This document shows, piece after piece, positions 1-8,448 of a stretch of 64,000 bases of DNA. The translations under genes and the position numbers were made by a program. The DNA is from Candidatus Hydrogenedentota bacterium (GTDB lineage Bacteria; Hydrogenedentota; Hydrogenedentia; Hydrogenedentales; SLHB01): NCBI GenBank assembly GCA_020849535.1, contig JADLGB010000142.1, positions 2,688 to 66,687 of the forward strand. The letters run 5' to 3'. Position 1 is the first letter of the stretch. Each line of letters opens with the position of its first letter. Under the pieces are notes generated by a model, which saw only the letters and a list, made by a program, of their open reading frames with translations, did not search any database and was not told the DNA's origin.

Positions 1-2
1 TC

Positions 3-785
3 ATGGGGGGCATTGGATTCCACGGATGGGATTCGCTGGAAGGACTTCTCTTCACGCTCATCGGGGTTTCGCTGACCTCCGGCGGTTCGGGCGCGCTGAA
101 CCATTTCCTCGAGCGCGACGCGGACGCCCTGATGGCCCGCACGCGCAATCGCCCGATTCCTTCGGGCGCGGTGCCCGCGACGCACGCTCTGCTGCTGGGT
201 GAGTACATGGTTCTGGGCGGCGTGATGCTGCTTATGTGGAAGGTCAACCTGTTGACGGCCTTCCTCGCCCTGCTGACGGCGTTTCTGTACGTGCTGGTCT
301 ACACGCCCCTCAAGCGCGTTTCCTGGCTGAACACGCTGGTCGGCGCCATTCCCGGCGCGCTGCCTCCGATGGGCGGCTGGACCGCTGCCACCGGACAAGT
401 CGAGGCCGGCGCCTGGGTGCTCTTTCTGATTCTGTTCATTTGGCAACAGCCCCACTTCTACTCCATCGCCTGGATCTTCAAGGACGACTACGCGAAGGGC
501 GGCTTCAAGATGCTGCCAGTCGATGACCCGCAAGGCCGCCGCACGTTCCGGCAGATCATCGGTTTCGCGGCGCTGCTGATTCCCGTGTCGCTGCTGCCTA
601 CGGCGATTGGGTTGTCCGGAATCGTCTACCTCATCGGCGCGGCAATACTGGGCGTGTACATGCTCGCGTCTTGCTTTCCGCTGGTACGCACCGGCAGCGT
701 CGTGGATGCGCGCCGAGTCTTGAAGACCTCGGTGTTGTATCTGCCTCTCTTGTTGATGCTGATTGTGATAGACTTCAGCCTCTGA
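3..785 (+). CDS. ctaB: protoheme IX farnesyltransferase (heme O synthase), probably 5'-truncated by the window edge
   Basis: ORF 3..785. It has the UbiA-family motif NHFLERDADALMARTRNRPIPSG and many TM segments. The usual N-terminal segment is missing, so the frame likely enters from upstream. SCO1 and DUF420 genes follow. Confidence 0.9.
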   Translation: MGGIGFHGWDSLEGLLFTLIGVSLTSGGSGALNHFLERDADALMARTRNRPIPSGAVPATHALLLGEYMVLGGVMLLMWKVNLLTAFLALLTAFLYVLVYTPLKRVSWLNTLVGAIPGALPPMGGWTAATGQVEAGAWVLFLILFIWQQPHFYSIAWIFKDDYAKGGFKMLPVDDPQGRRTFRQIIGFAALLIPVSLLPTAIGLSGIVYLIGAAILGVYMLASCFPLVRTGSVVDARRVLKTSVLYLPLLLMLIVIDFSL

Positions 786-841
786 CCGCGCCGCCCCAGT
801 GGCGCGCTATTCCAGTTTCAAGCAGTACGGGGAATCGAATC

Positions 842-1471
842 ATGCACTCGCGCCGAATCGCCCTCATCGCCATCCTTGCCGCCATCCTGGTGGCCTTGAG
901 CATCACGCCGATGTTCCTCAAGCCCACCGCCGCGGTGAAGTCCAATTTGAACGTCCAGGTTGAGCCGGAATCGCTCTACGACGTGGGCGCCCTTCCGGAT
1001 TTCACGCTCACAGACGCGACAGGCGAGAAGTTCTCCGGCGCGGCATTGGCCGGAAAGATTTGGGTGGCGGACCTGTTCCTCACGTCCTGCCAGGGGGCCT
1101 GTCCGGTGATGACGAAGAACTTGAAGATCCTGCACGACAAGTATGCGGGCAACGACCAGGTGCGTTTCGTCTCGATCTCGGTCGACCCGGACACCGACAC
1201 GCCGGCCGTCCTCGCCGAGTACCAGAAGTCGCACGCAATCGACCCCAATCGCTGGCACTTCCTGACCGGGCCCATCGAAGACATCCATCGCCTCGCGAGT
1301 GAAGAAGGCTTCAAAGTAGGCGTGCCCGAAACGCCCATGGCCCACAGCCAGCGCTTCGTGCTCATTGACGCCAAGGGCCACATTCGCGGTTACTACGACG
1401 GCATGGATGAGGCCGACGCGCTGCGACTCGGCGCCGATATCGACACCCTCCTGAAGCAGGGTGGGGCGTAA
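842..1471 (+). CDS. SCO1/SenC family copper chaperone / thiol-disulfide oxidoreductase
   Basis: Start moved to ATG 842 (MHSRRIALIAILAAILVAL signal-anchor) inside ORF 671..1471. It has the CxxxC motif TSCQGACP and a downstream conserved His region (MAHSQRFVLID). Its stop overlaps the next start (TAATG). Confidence 0.85.
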   Translation: MHSRRIALIAILAAILVALSITPMFLKPTAAVKSNLNVQVEPESLYDVGALPDFTLTDATGEKFSGAALAGKIWVADLFLTSCQGACPVMTKNLKILHDKYAGNDQVRFVSISVDPDTDTPAVLAEYQKSHAIDPNRWHFLTGPIEDIHRLASEEGFKVGVPETPMAHSQRFVLIDAKGHIRGYYDGMDEADALRLGADIDTLLKQGGA

Positions 1472-1899
1472 TGGACCTGCCTGTTCTTCCGACTATCAAC
1501 GCCTCGTTGAACGGACTCGCGGCGGTGCTGCTGTTCTTAGGCTGGCGCGCCATTAAATCGGACAATCGCGAGCGGCATCGCGCCCTCATGATCGCCGCGC
1601 TGGCGTCCTCCGCGGCTTTCCTTGCCTGCTATCTCTACTATCACTTCACGGCCGTGGGCCTCACGCGATACCAGGGACACGGCGTCCTGCGCTACACGTA
1701 TTTCTTCATCCTGCTGACCCACACCCCGCTCGCGGCGCTCATGGTGCCGTTCATTCTCGCGGCCGTGTGGTTCGCAGCCAAAGGCCAATTCGCCAAACAC
1801 ACCCGCATCACCCGCTGGCTCTGGCCGGTATGGATGTACGTCTCCGTCACGGGTGTCGTCATCTACCTCATGCTCTACATCCTGCCGCAGGCGGTGTGA
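1471..1899 (+). CDS. DUF420 family membrane protein (cytochrome oxidase-associated)
   Basis: 142 aa with 4 predicted TM helices. The N-terminus INASLNGLAAVLLFLGWRAIK is typical of DUF420 proteins, which commonly sit next to SCO1/ctaB. Confidence 0.75.
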   Translation: MDLPVLPTINASLNGLAAVLLFLGWRAIKSDNRERHRALMIAALASSAAFLACYLYYHFTAVGLTRYQGHGVLRYTYFFILLTHTPLAALMVPFILAAVWFAAKGQFAKHTRITRWLWPVWMYVSVTGVVIYLMLYILPQAV

Positions 1900-2273
1900 A
1901 AGAACAACACCGGGTCCCGACCTGAGTCAATCGTCGTCGGTTCAGTGCGGCACCTGAATCCGATCATTTCGCTTGCCCAATACAACCCCAAGCCCAAGAA
2001 TTCACAACACCAATTGACGATGGGCTTGACCATAAACAGGCAGAATTACGTGCTTGCGGACGTCAGTGACAAGAGGGTCTTCGGAGGCCGTTTCTCAACC
2101 GAATGTTGCGAAGTGTGGCGGCAATCAGGATGATGAAGCAGCCAGAATATGGCTGAGTTATGCAACTCCGCAGGATCGACTTTATAGATCTTATATATGT
2201 GCACGTGGACCGGGTGCATCGACACGCGCATTCCTAGGTTGTCACAGTTTACTTCGAGCGTGAGGTTTCGGTA

Positions 2274-3230
2274 ATGCTCCAGTATTTGCAGGCGCTGGAA
2301 GAATTCATCGAGGGGCACCAGGAAGTAGTGATGATTGCCCTGACCGCCATCTATGTTTTGGCTACAACGGTCATAATGATGTTGAATGCTCGAACCGTAC
2401 GGCGCATGGAAGAGTCAAACAGGCTATCAAGAGAAGCCTTGCAGCAGAACGTACTGATTGAAAGACAGCGCAGCAGGCCCTATGTGATAGCAGATCTATT
2501 GATAGAGAAGCACCTTGTCTATGCGACACTGGCAAACATTGGCCGCACTCCAGCCCGGGAAGTAGTCGTCAAATTTGACCCCGTGATCTATAGAGATGGC
2601 TCCCCCCGTTATTGCGAGATATGCTTTGTTAAGGATGCCGTTTCGTTCCTTGCTCCAGGTCGAGAGATTCGTGATTTCATCGATAGCTCTCCGTCTTTCC
2701 TTGACCGTTACGGCGCTCTGACTTTTCAAGTCAATGTTAACTACAAGGATACGGATGGGGAAGAGTTCAGAGAGAGCTGTCAGATTTCTTTGGCACCTGC
2801 ATTGACTCACATGACAGTTGACGATGAAAGGGATGTTCGAGACGCACTGAGGCTGTTGAAGGATGTCGGTCATGCGGTTCAAGGCATAGAGCGATTGGTA
2901 GATAAAGGGGTAGCAACTCTGGAATTGTCGAGTAAACTGATTGCTGGGCGGAGGCCAGGTAGCAACGTGGAGCCTACGGAGCTTGTCGACAAGCTTGTCG
3001 ATTTCGAAATAGAGTTGTTGAAAAAGATAGGTAGCGCAGGCAGCGAAGGCAGTGTCTATAAGCGTCTGCTTAGCAACGAGAATTCCCGCCTGCAATGGGA
3101 CTATAGGGAAGCTCTTGAACGACTCGCTATTCTTGGAATCTTGTTAGAGGAGCCGACGCGCTGGCAACTGACAGCGCTGGGGTGGAGAGTCGTAGACGCG
3201 ATGGAGCTCAAAAAGCCCCAGGATCATTGA
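2274..3230 (+). CDS. hypothetical membrane-anchored protein (no family recognised) in a low-GC islet
   Basis: 318-aa ORF starting at ATG 2274, preceded by GAGGT 7 nt upstream. It has one N-terminal TM helix (VVMIALTAIYVLATTVIMML). Composition and codon usage are visibly more AT-rich than in neighbouring genes. Confidence 0.65.
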   Translation: MLQYLQALEEFIEGHQEVVMIALTAIYVLATTVIMMLNARTVRRMEESNRLSREALQQNVLIERQRSRPYVIADLLIEKHLVYATLANIGRTPAREVVVKFDPVIYRDGSPRYCEICFVKDAVSFLAPGREIRDFIDSSPSFLDRYGALTFQVNVNYKDTDGEEFRESCQISLAPALTHMTVDDERDVRDALRLLKDVGHAVQGIERLVDKGVATLELSSKLIAGRRPGSNVEPTELVDKLVDFEIELLKKIGSAGSEGSVYKRLLSNENSRLQWDYREALERLAILGILLEEPTRWQLTALGWRVVDAMELKKPQDH

Positions 3231-3555
3231 GCGAGTCACAATCGCACTGCCTATTTCTTGACTTGGCCTTCTGTATCGAGGAAGACGGTGAAAACCATTC
3301 TTCTGTGATCACCGGCTGCTGGCGATAGGCATGCCGGCCATGCCGTTTCATATCAGCGTTTCTCGAGACCGAAGAGTCGCGCAGATACTGGCCCTATACG
3401 TTCAGGTCGCCAACCGGAAGGTGAGAAGAAGTGTGGAAATGACCGAGTGAGTCATGCATGTAGCGCAGGCATCTCGCCTGCTCCGAAGCACCAGTCTTCC
3501 CTCCCTCCTTTCCGACGCCGCGTGCCCGTGATACGCGTACCGCTGCGCATCTCGT

Positions 3556-3820
3556 GTCCCGGAGGGACAATCGAAAGTAGCCCAGGACTTCCAGTCCTGG
3601 GTCTGGCTCCCCTCCGACCAGTCCCGGAGGGACGGCAGAGAGCGCACGTCCAGTCACGGACCGGGTGCGTTCCCTCTGACTTATATGTCCACAAACCCTC
3701 TGAAGTGGTATACATGGTGCCGCATGATGGGCTCTGCCGTCCCTCCGGGACTGCACGAAGAGAGGGCACAGAGGACCCCGGATTGAAATCCGGGGCTACT
3801 TTCTGTCGTCCCTACGGGAC
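3556..3820. repeat. composite nested inverted-repeat module (REP-like family B)
   Basis: The outer arms are 3556..3601 (GTCCCGGAGGGAC + hairpin CCCAGGACTTCCAGTCCTGGG) and 3776..3820 (hairpin CCCCGGATTGAAATCCGGGG + CTACTTTCTGTCGTCCCTACGGGAC). The inner arms are 3621..3638 (GTCCCGGAGGGACGGCAG) and 3734..3751 (CTGCCGTCCCTCCGGGAC). Confidence 0.8.
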
Positions 3821-3897
3821 TTGCAGGCGGGACTTGCGGGCAGCGCTACGGGGTAGCCGGACTTCTGAATCGCGCTCCTAGATCACAGCCTGCCGGT

Positions 3898-4275
3898 TCA
3901 ATTGTCGCGGTCCTTTGTGGCCTCAATGTCGAGACCCCCTTCGTTGATCGTGAGCCGATAGGTGAAATGCCCAGGTCCGAGCGGCTTCTCACCTACATAG
4001 TCGATAGGCTGGATCTTCATGGTGGTTGTCCCTACATCAAGAGTAACGGCCGCGTACCGATACGCGCCGGGAATGACCTGATACTCCGTAACGGCGCCAC
4101 TCGCAATGTTCCCAAAAGCCTTGCCTGCCACCCCAACGTGTTGAAAGTCTTGCGATGAGGCGTTCTGGACGCGTATGTAAGTCGACTTATCAGGCTTGGT
4201 GCATGCCGCGGACAGTAAACAGAGCGCGATTGCAGCAACAAGGGTTGGGGTTTGATATCTTGGCGGTTTCCTCAT
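3898..4275 (-). CDS. small hypothetical lipoprotein
   Basis: Start moved to ATG 4275 (MRKPPRYQTPTLVAAIALCLLSAAC, lipobox LSAAC), with GAGGAG upstream. The remainder of the 125-aa product is predicted beta-rich. No family recognised. Confidence 0.6.
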   Translation of the reverse strand: MRKPPRYQTPTLVAAIALCLLSAACTKPDKSTYIRVQNASSQDFQHVGVAGKAFGNIASGAVTEYQVIPGAYRYAAVTLDVGTTTMKIQPIDYVGEKPLGPGHFTYRLTINEGGLDIEATKDRDN

Positions 4276-4535
4276 CACCGGAAGACTCCTCTGTGTGACA
4301 AGCACATTGGGTTCAGTAAGTCCTTCAAAATGATGCGCGTTCAACTGCGGGTTTTTGGGGTCACAGGTGGCCCCCAGCAACCGACAGAAGGTCAAACGTG
4401 GGAACTCTGATTGACCTATTCCGTATTGTAATTGCACGAAGTATCACGAGGGTACCGGATTCTCCAGCCGCACAGCGGCGCGAAGTGACCGGAATACGCA
4501 TGTTTCCGCCTGAGCCTTCGCCTTGGGTGAATTCA

Positions 4536-4811
4536 GCCCGTAAGGGCGAAAGACAATAGCCCAGCGATTCATCGCTGGGTAGCCTGGGCAACCAGAAGAC
4601 GAGTCCCGTCAGGGACGACAGAGCAGGCGAGGTATCATCGGAAGACGGCGTTCAAGGAAAGGCTGGAGGATTTGCATGAGAAGTATGACGTGAAATACGC
4701 GGTACTGGAGCTGGTATGGACTCTTTCGCCCCTGCCGGGGCTTGGGAGGTATGGGGTCCCGCGGACCCAGCGATGAATCGCTGGGCTATTACCTGTCGTC
4801 CCTATCGGGAC
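4536..4811. repeat. second composite inverted-repeat module of REP-like family B
   Basis: The left unit is 4536..4579 (GCCCGTAAGGGCGAAAGACAATAG + hairpin CCCAGCGATTCATCGCTGGG). An internal copy lies at 4603..4623 (GTCCCGTCAGGGACGACAGAG). The right unit, in opposite orientation, is 4766..4811 (CCCAGCGATGAATCGCTGGG + CTATTACCTGTCGTCCCTATCGGGAC). Confidence 0.75.
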
Positions 4812-5031
4812 TTTTTCACCAAGCCCAGACTTTACGAGAATCGGCAAGAACTCGGAAAATGTCCGAGAACACACGGGAAGCAGCATCCGGGAACTCGGTA
4901 CTCTCAAGAAGTATCATTTGAGCGGGTTTAACGTCTGCGCATCTGTGATCGACTATTGGATAATCCGTGCCACAGAAAGTCCTACGCCTGATTTAACGCA
5001 GGCCCGTCAACCTGCGCAGGAGGTGTCGACA

Positions 5032-5718
5032 ATGAACAGGCTGCTGGTTGGGATACTGACGATCATGCTCGTCGCCGGGAGTGCCGCCGCCGCTACCTGC
5101 GAACCCAAGACCTGGGACGACATGTTCTGGTGGGGAAACGGCGCGGCACCAGAACCATATCCGGACCAGGGTACTGCAGGATGCCCCGAGTCTGAGGCTC
5201 GCTCATGTTACTGGTGGTGGCCGGAGGAACCGGACACCAATGCGGAAGACGCGGAACTCTGGGGCAACCGGGGCGTGGTATATCACTGCTGGGTGAAATC
5301 TGAAGAACCGCCATTGCTGCCCCCAGCGCCGGCTTCGCAAGATTCCAAGACACTTGGCCGGCAGCGTGACATAGTCGATTACGACTACAACGTCCTCTTC
5401 GATTTCGACAAATCCATCTTGAAACCGGAAGGCAGAGCGGCAGCGGACAACATGGTCAAGTATATGAAGACCCATCCCGGCGACACGGTCGTGGTTGAAG
5501 GTCACACCTGCGACCTCGGCAGTGAAGACTACAACATGACATTGGGTCAGCGCCGTGCCGACGCCGTAAAGAAGTACATGCTGGAAAGCGGAATCGCACC
5601 AGAACGAATCACCACAATGAGCTTAGGAGAGAGCCAGCCGGCGGTTCCGAACGACAGTGAGCCAGACCGAAAGCTGAACCGGCGCGTGCAGTTCAATGTC
5701 ACGATGGGCCCCGAATAG
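5032..5718 (+). CDS. OmpA-family peptidoglycan-binding protein
   Basis: Start at ATG 5032 (MNRLLVGILTIMLVAGSAAAA signal peptide), with AGGAGG upstream. The C-terminal OmpA_C domain reads FDFDKSILKPEG...GHTCDLGSEDYNMTLGQRRADAV...NRRVQF. Confidence 0.85.
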   Translation: MNRLLVGILTIMLVAGSAAAATCEPKTWDDMFWWGNGAAPEPYPDQGTAGCPESEARSCYWWWPEEPDTNAEDAELWGNRGVVYHCWVKSEEPPLLPPAPASQDSKTLGRQRDIVDYDYNVLFDFDKSILKPEGRAAADNMVKYMKTHPGDTVVVEGHTCDLGSEDYNMTLGQRRADAVKKYMLESGIAPERITTMSLGESQPAVPNDSEPDRKLNRRVQFNVTMGPE

Positions 5719-5810
5719 AGATGAGATGAATCGAAGTCATCCCCTTCGCACTCATCGAGAATGAGATACGAGGCCGTCCGCGCTCGGATACGCCGCGCGT
5801 ACCCGGCAAG

Positions 5811-7259
5811 CTATCCGCGGCGTTGTTCCGCCGTTGCGGGAAGGGTCAGGGTTGCCTCCGCTCCGCCTTCGGGGCGGTTGACGAGGCGGATCTCTCCTCC
5901 GTGGAGCGACGCCACTTCCCGCACGAAGACCAGCCCCAGGCCGGAACTCTTCTTGCCGGTGTCGGGACGCCGCAGCGAGTAGAAGCGGTCGAAGACTTTC
6001 TCCAGCGCGTAGTCCGGAATACCTGGGCCGTGGTCCTGGATACGCAGGATAACCCTCCCTTCCTGCTGTTCGGCAAGGATGCGGATTTCCGCGCCCCGGG
6101 GACTGAACTCGACGGCGTTTTGCAGCAGATTCGCCAGGGCCTGCCGAAGCAAGAAACGCTCTGCGTGCACGGTGACCCCTGGAACTTGGTTTACAGACAC
6201 CTTAATCTCACGGCTCGACAACACCGGCTGCATGCCCGCGATAACATCCGCAATCAGCTCGGCGATGGAGACTTCTTCGACATCCCGAAGCTCACGCCGG
6301 TTTTCCAACGCCGACAATTGGAGCATGCGATCGACCAACCCCTGAATGCGCTCGGACTCCGATTTCAGGTTCGCCAGAAACTGTCGGCGCTGCTCGATCG
6401 GCATGTCTTCTTCAAGCAGTTCAATCGCGCCGCGGATGGCCGAAAGCGGACTCTTCATCTCGTGCGTCAAGGTCTGCACGTACTCCTCCACGTACTGCTT
6501 GCCTTCGAGCGCGGTGCGCATTTCTTCAAACGCGGCGCCCAGCGCCGCAATCTCGCCGCGGCCCAGTTTCGGCAATGCCGCGCGCTTGCCATCGCGAATG
6601 GACTTGGCATAGTGGGTGAGTTTCTCAATGGGCCACGTGATCCAGGCGGAGATCACGGATCCGAGCAGAATCACGGAAACCGCGGCGATAATACCGGCCA
6701 CGGCGACTTTGTGCTGGGCGGCTTCCATGAAGAGTGTGAGACTGCCGGAGGGCTTGCAGATCGTCAACACGCCCGCGATCTCGCCGTCGATGAGAACAGG
6801 CGATGCCACGTGCACAATGGACGTTCTCGGGTCCTCAGGTATGAGACGTGTCGCGCGCGCGCCATACTCGCCACGCAACGTGCGAATGACATCGTTCCAA
6901 CGCGAGTAGTCCTTGCCTTCATCGTTGCCATGGTTGGAGTCAAAAAGCACGATGCCGTTGCGGTCGGTCACATAGACGCGCATGTTTACTTTCGTCTTCG
7001 TCATTTCGAAGATCTGCGCTGAGAAGCGCCGCTTCTGGGCATGATCGAAGGCGAGCCGCAGGTCGTCCGTGTGAATGCCGTCGCGTTGGGATTTCTCCGA
7101 TATCAAAGAGGCCAACAGCGTCGCGGTGTCGACCATGCTTTCTTCCATGGTTTCAAGATAACGGGGCCGCAGATCTTCGCGGATCCAATCGACAAGCTGG
7201 TAGAACCCCACGCCCGCAACGAGTAGAAACGCGATGAACATGCGTGTGCGGATCTTCAC
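5811..7259 (-). CDS. creC: two-component sensor histidine kinase, CreC-like
   Basis: The N-terminus VKIRTRMFIAFLLVAG...DTATLLASL resembles CreC. It has the H-box LTHEMKSPLSAIRGA, the N-box LLQNAVEFS and the G-box GLGLVFV. The GTG start at 7259 overlaps the regulator stop (GTGA); ATG 7241 is an alternative start. Confidence 0.85.
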   Translation of the reverse strand: MKIRTRMFIAFLLVAGVGFYQLVDWIREDLRPRYLETMEESMVDTATLLASLISEKSQRDGIHTDDLRLAFDHAQKRRFSAQIFEMTKTKVNMRVYVTDRNGIVLFDSNHGNDEGKDYSRWNDVIRTLRGEYGARATRLIPEDPRTSIVHVASPVLIDGEIAGVLTICKPSGSLTLFMEAAQHKVAVAGIIAAVSVILLGSVISAWITWPIEKLTHYAKSIRDGKRAALPKLGRGEIAALGAAFEEMRTALEGKQYVEEYVQTLTHEMKSPLSAIRGAIELLEEDMPIEQRRQFLANLKSESERIQGLVDRMLQLSALENRRELRDVEEVSIAELIADVIAGMQPVLSSREIKVSVNQVPGVTVHAERFLLRQALANLLQNAVEFSPRGAEIRILAEQQEGRVILRIQDHGPGIPDYALEKVFDRFYSLRRPDTGKKSSGLGLVFVREVASLHGGEIRLVNRPEGGAEATLTLPATAEQRRG

Positions 7260-7972
7260 GGCGTCTCCTTCAGTGAGTAACCCAAACCGCGGTGGGTTTG
7301 GATGGGGTCGGATTCGGGCGTGATCCGGCGCAGTTTCGCGCGAATGGTCTTCACGTGCGTGTCCACCGTGCGGTCCATGCTGGCCTCGGGTTCTTCCCAA
7401 ACATGCTCCATGATCTGCTCGCGCGAGAAGACCCAGCCGGGCCGCCGCAACAGCAATTCCAGGAGCCGGTACTCATAGCGAGACAGGTCGAGCGGTTCAC
7501 CGCAATAGGAGATTCGCATGCGTTGCGCGTCGATTGCGAAACGCGAGGGCGGGCTGGTCCTGCCATTCGTGGCGTCGGTTGCGGGCACACGCCGCAGCAC
7601 GGCCCGCACGCGAGCCGCGAGTTCTCGAGGGCTGAACGGCTTCGGCATGTAGTCATCGGCGCCGATTTCCAACCCGACGATCCGGTCGACTTCCGCCGCG
7701 CGCGCGGTGAGAAAGATGATAGGCACCTCGGAAGTCCTGCGGATGTCGCGGCAGAGTTCGAAACCGTTCCGGTCCGGCAGGCCGACATCGAGCACAATCA
7801 GACTGATTGTGGAGGATTCGAGGCATCGGAGTGCTTCGTCCGCCGTGGTGCACCAGTCCACCGCGAAGCCTTCCGTTTGGAGGGCATACGTGATGTTGTC
7901 GGCGATAGCCGGCTCATCTTCCACCACGAGGATCCGCTGCACTGATCCGTCTCCCGATTTCCCCGCGGCCAT
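7256..7972 (-). CDS. creB: OmpR-family response regulator, CreB-like
   Basis: Start moved to ATG 7972 (MAAGKSGDGSVQRILVVEDEP...). It has a receiver domain (LDVGLPDRNGFEL, LTARAAEVDRIVGLEIGADDYMPKPFSPREL) and a winged-helix output domain (DRTVDTHVKTIRAKL...THRGLGYSL). Confidence 0.85.
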   Translation of the reverse strand: MAAGKSGDGSVQRILVVEDEPAIADNITYALQTEGFAVDWCTTADEALRCLESSTISLIVLDVGLPDRNGFELCRDIRRTSEVPIIFLTARAAEVDRIVGLEIGADDYMPKPFSPRELAARVRAVLRRVPATDATNGRTSPPSRFAIDAQRMRISYCGEPLDLSRYEYRLLELLLRRPGWVFSREQIMEHVWEEPEASMDRTVDTHVKTIRAKLRRITPESDPIQTHRGLGYSLKETP

Positions 7973-8095
7973 GTATTCCACGGAGGTAGACCACGCAACC
8001 CATCTTCGCATGGGGTCGGAACTACTCGCAAGCACTCGAAAACTGACCACGGGGACACAGGGAAACGCGGGGGATAGACAAGTGCTGGATGAAGA

Positions 8096-8325
8096 GACAG
8101 GCGATGGGGTTTTGCCCCACATGCGCTTGTTTTTCCGGCCGAGCTGTCCGATCCGTCGGATGTCCCGACGAAGACACAGGCGAGGGCGCCTGCGCCACAT
8201 GCGCTTGCTTTGCCTCGCGCTGTTCTTCTTCTCTTCCAGTCTTTGGTTTACCCATAGGCCTCAATGATTCTAAGCCAACGCAGAATGAAAGACAGTCGTG
8301 CGGCACAGGCGCCCTCGCCTGTGTC
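8096..8325. repeat. palindromic repeat cluster, family A (GACACAGGCGAGGGCGCCTG core)
   Basis: There is a degenerate copy at 8096..8126, a forward copy at 8173..8204 (GACACAGGCGAGGGCGCCTGCGCCACATGCGC) and an inverted copy at 8298..8325 (GTGCGGCACAGGCGCCCTCGCCTGTGTC). The same arrangement recurs at 39145..39289. Confidence 0.8.
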
Positions 8326-8448
8326 TTGAATGCTTTGATGCGCCGCTTGAACGTCGATAGGTTGCGCCGAAGCAGACGGTGCACTATAGTGTGCGCCGCC
8401 GTTCGGTACGAGCCAAACTCGCTGCTTGCATCCCTTTGGAGGATCCAC

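Noticed and set aside
3394-3881. Four overlapping 80-145-aa ORFs on both strands
   Set aside because: They are translations of the family B palindromic repeats, giving peptides such as SLRDW/PSGT that read similarly on both strands. They are not genes.
5823-7022. 399-aa ORF on the + strand
   Set aside because: It lies antisense to the CreC-like kinase, which has unmistakable H/N/G boxes. Its translation is Arg/Gly/His/Leu-rich with no motifs. This is a typical high-GC shadow ORF.
8089-8448. N-terminal 120-aa extension of the NHL-propeller ORF
   Set aside because: The extension runs through family A repeats (GEGACATC peptides). A strong GGAGGA + ATG at 8449 starts a sensible protein.
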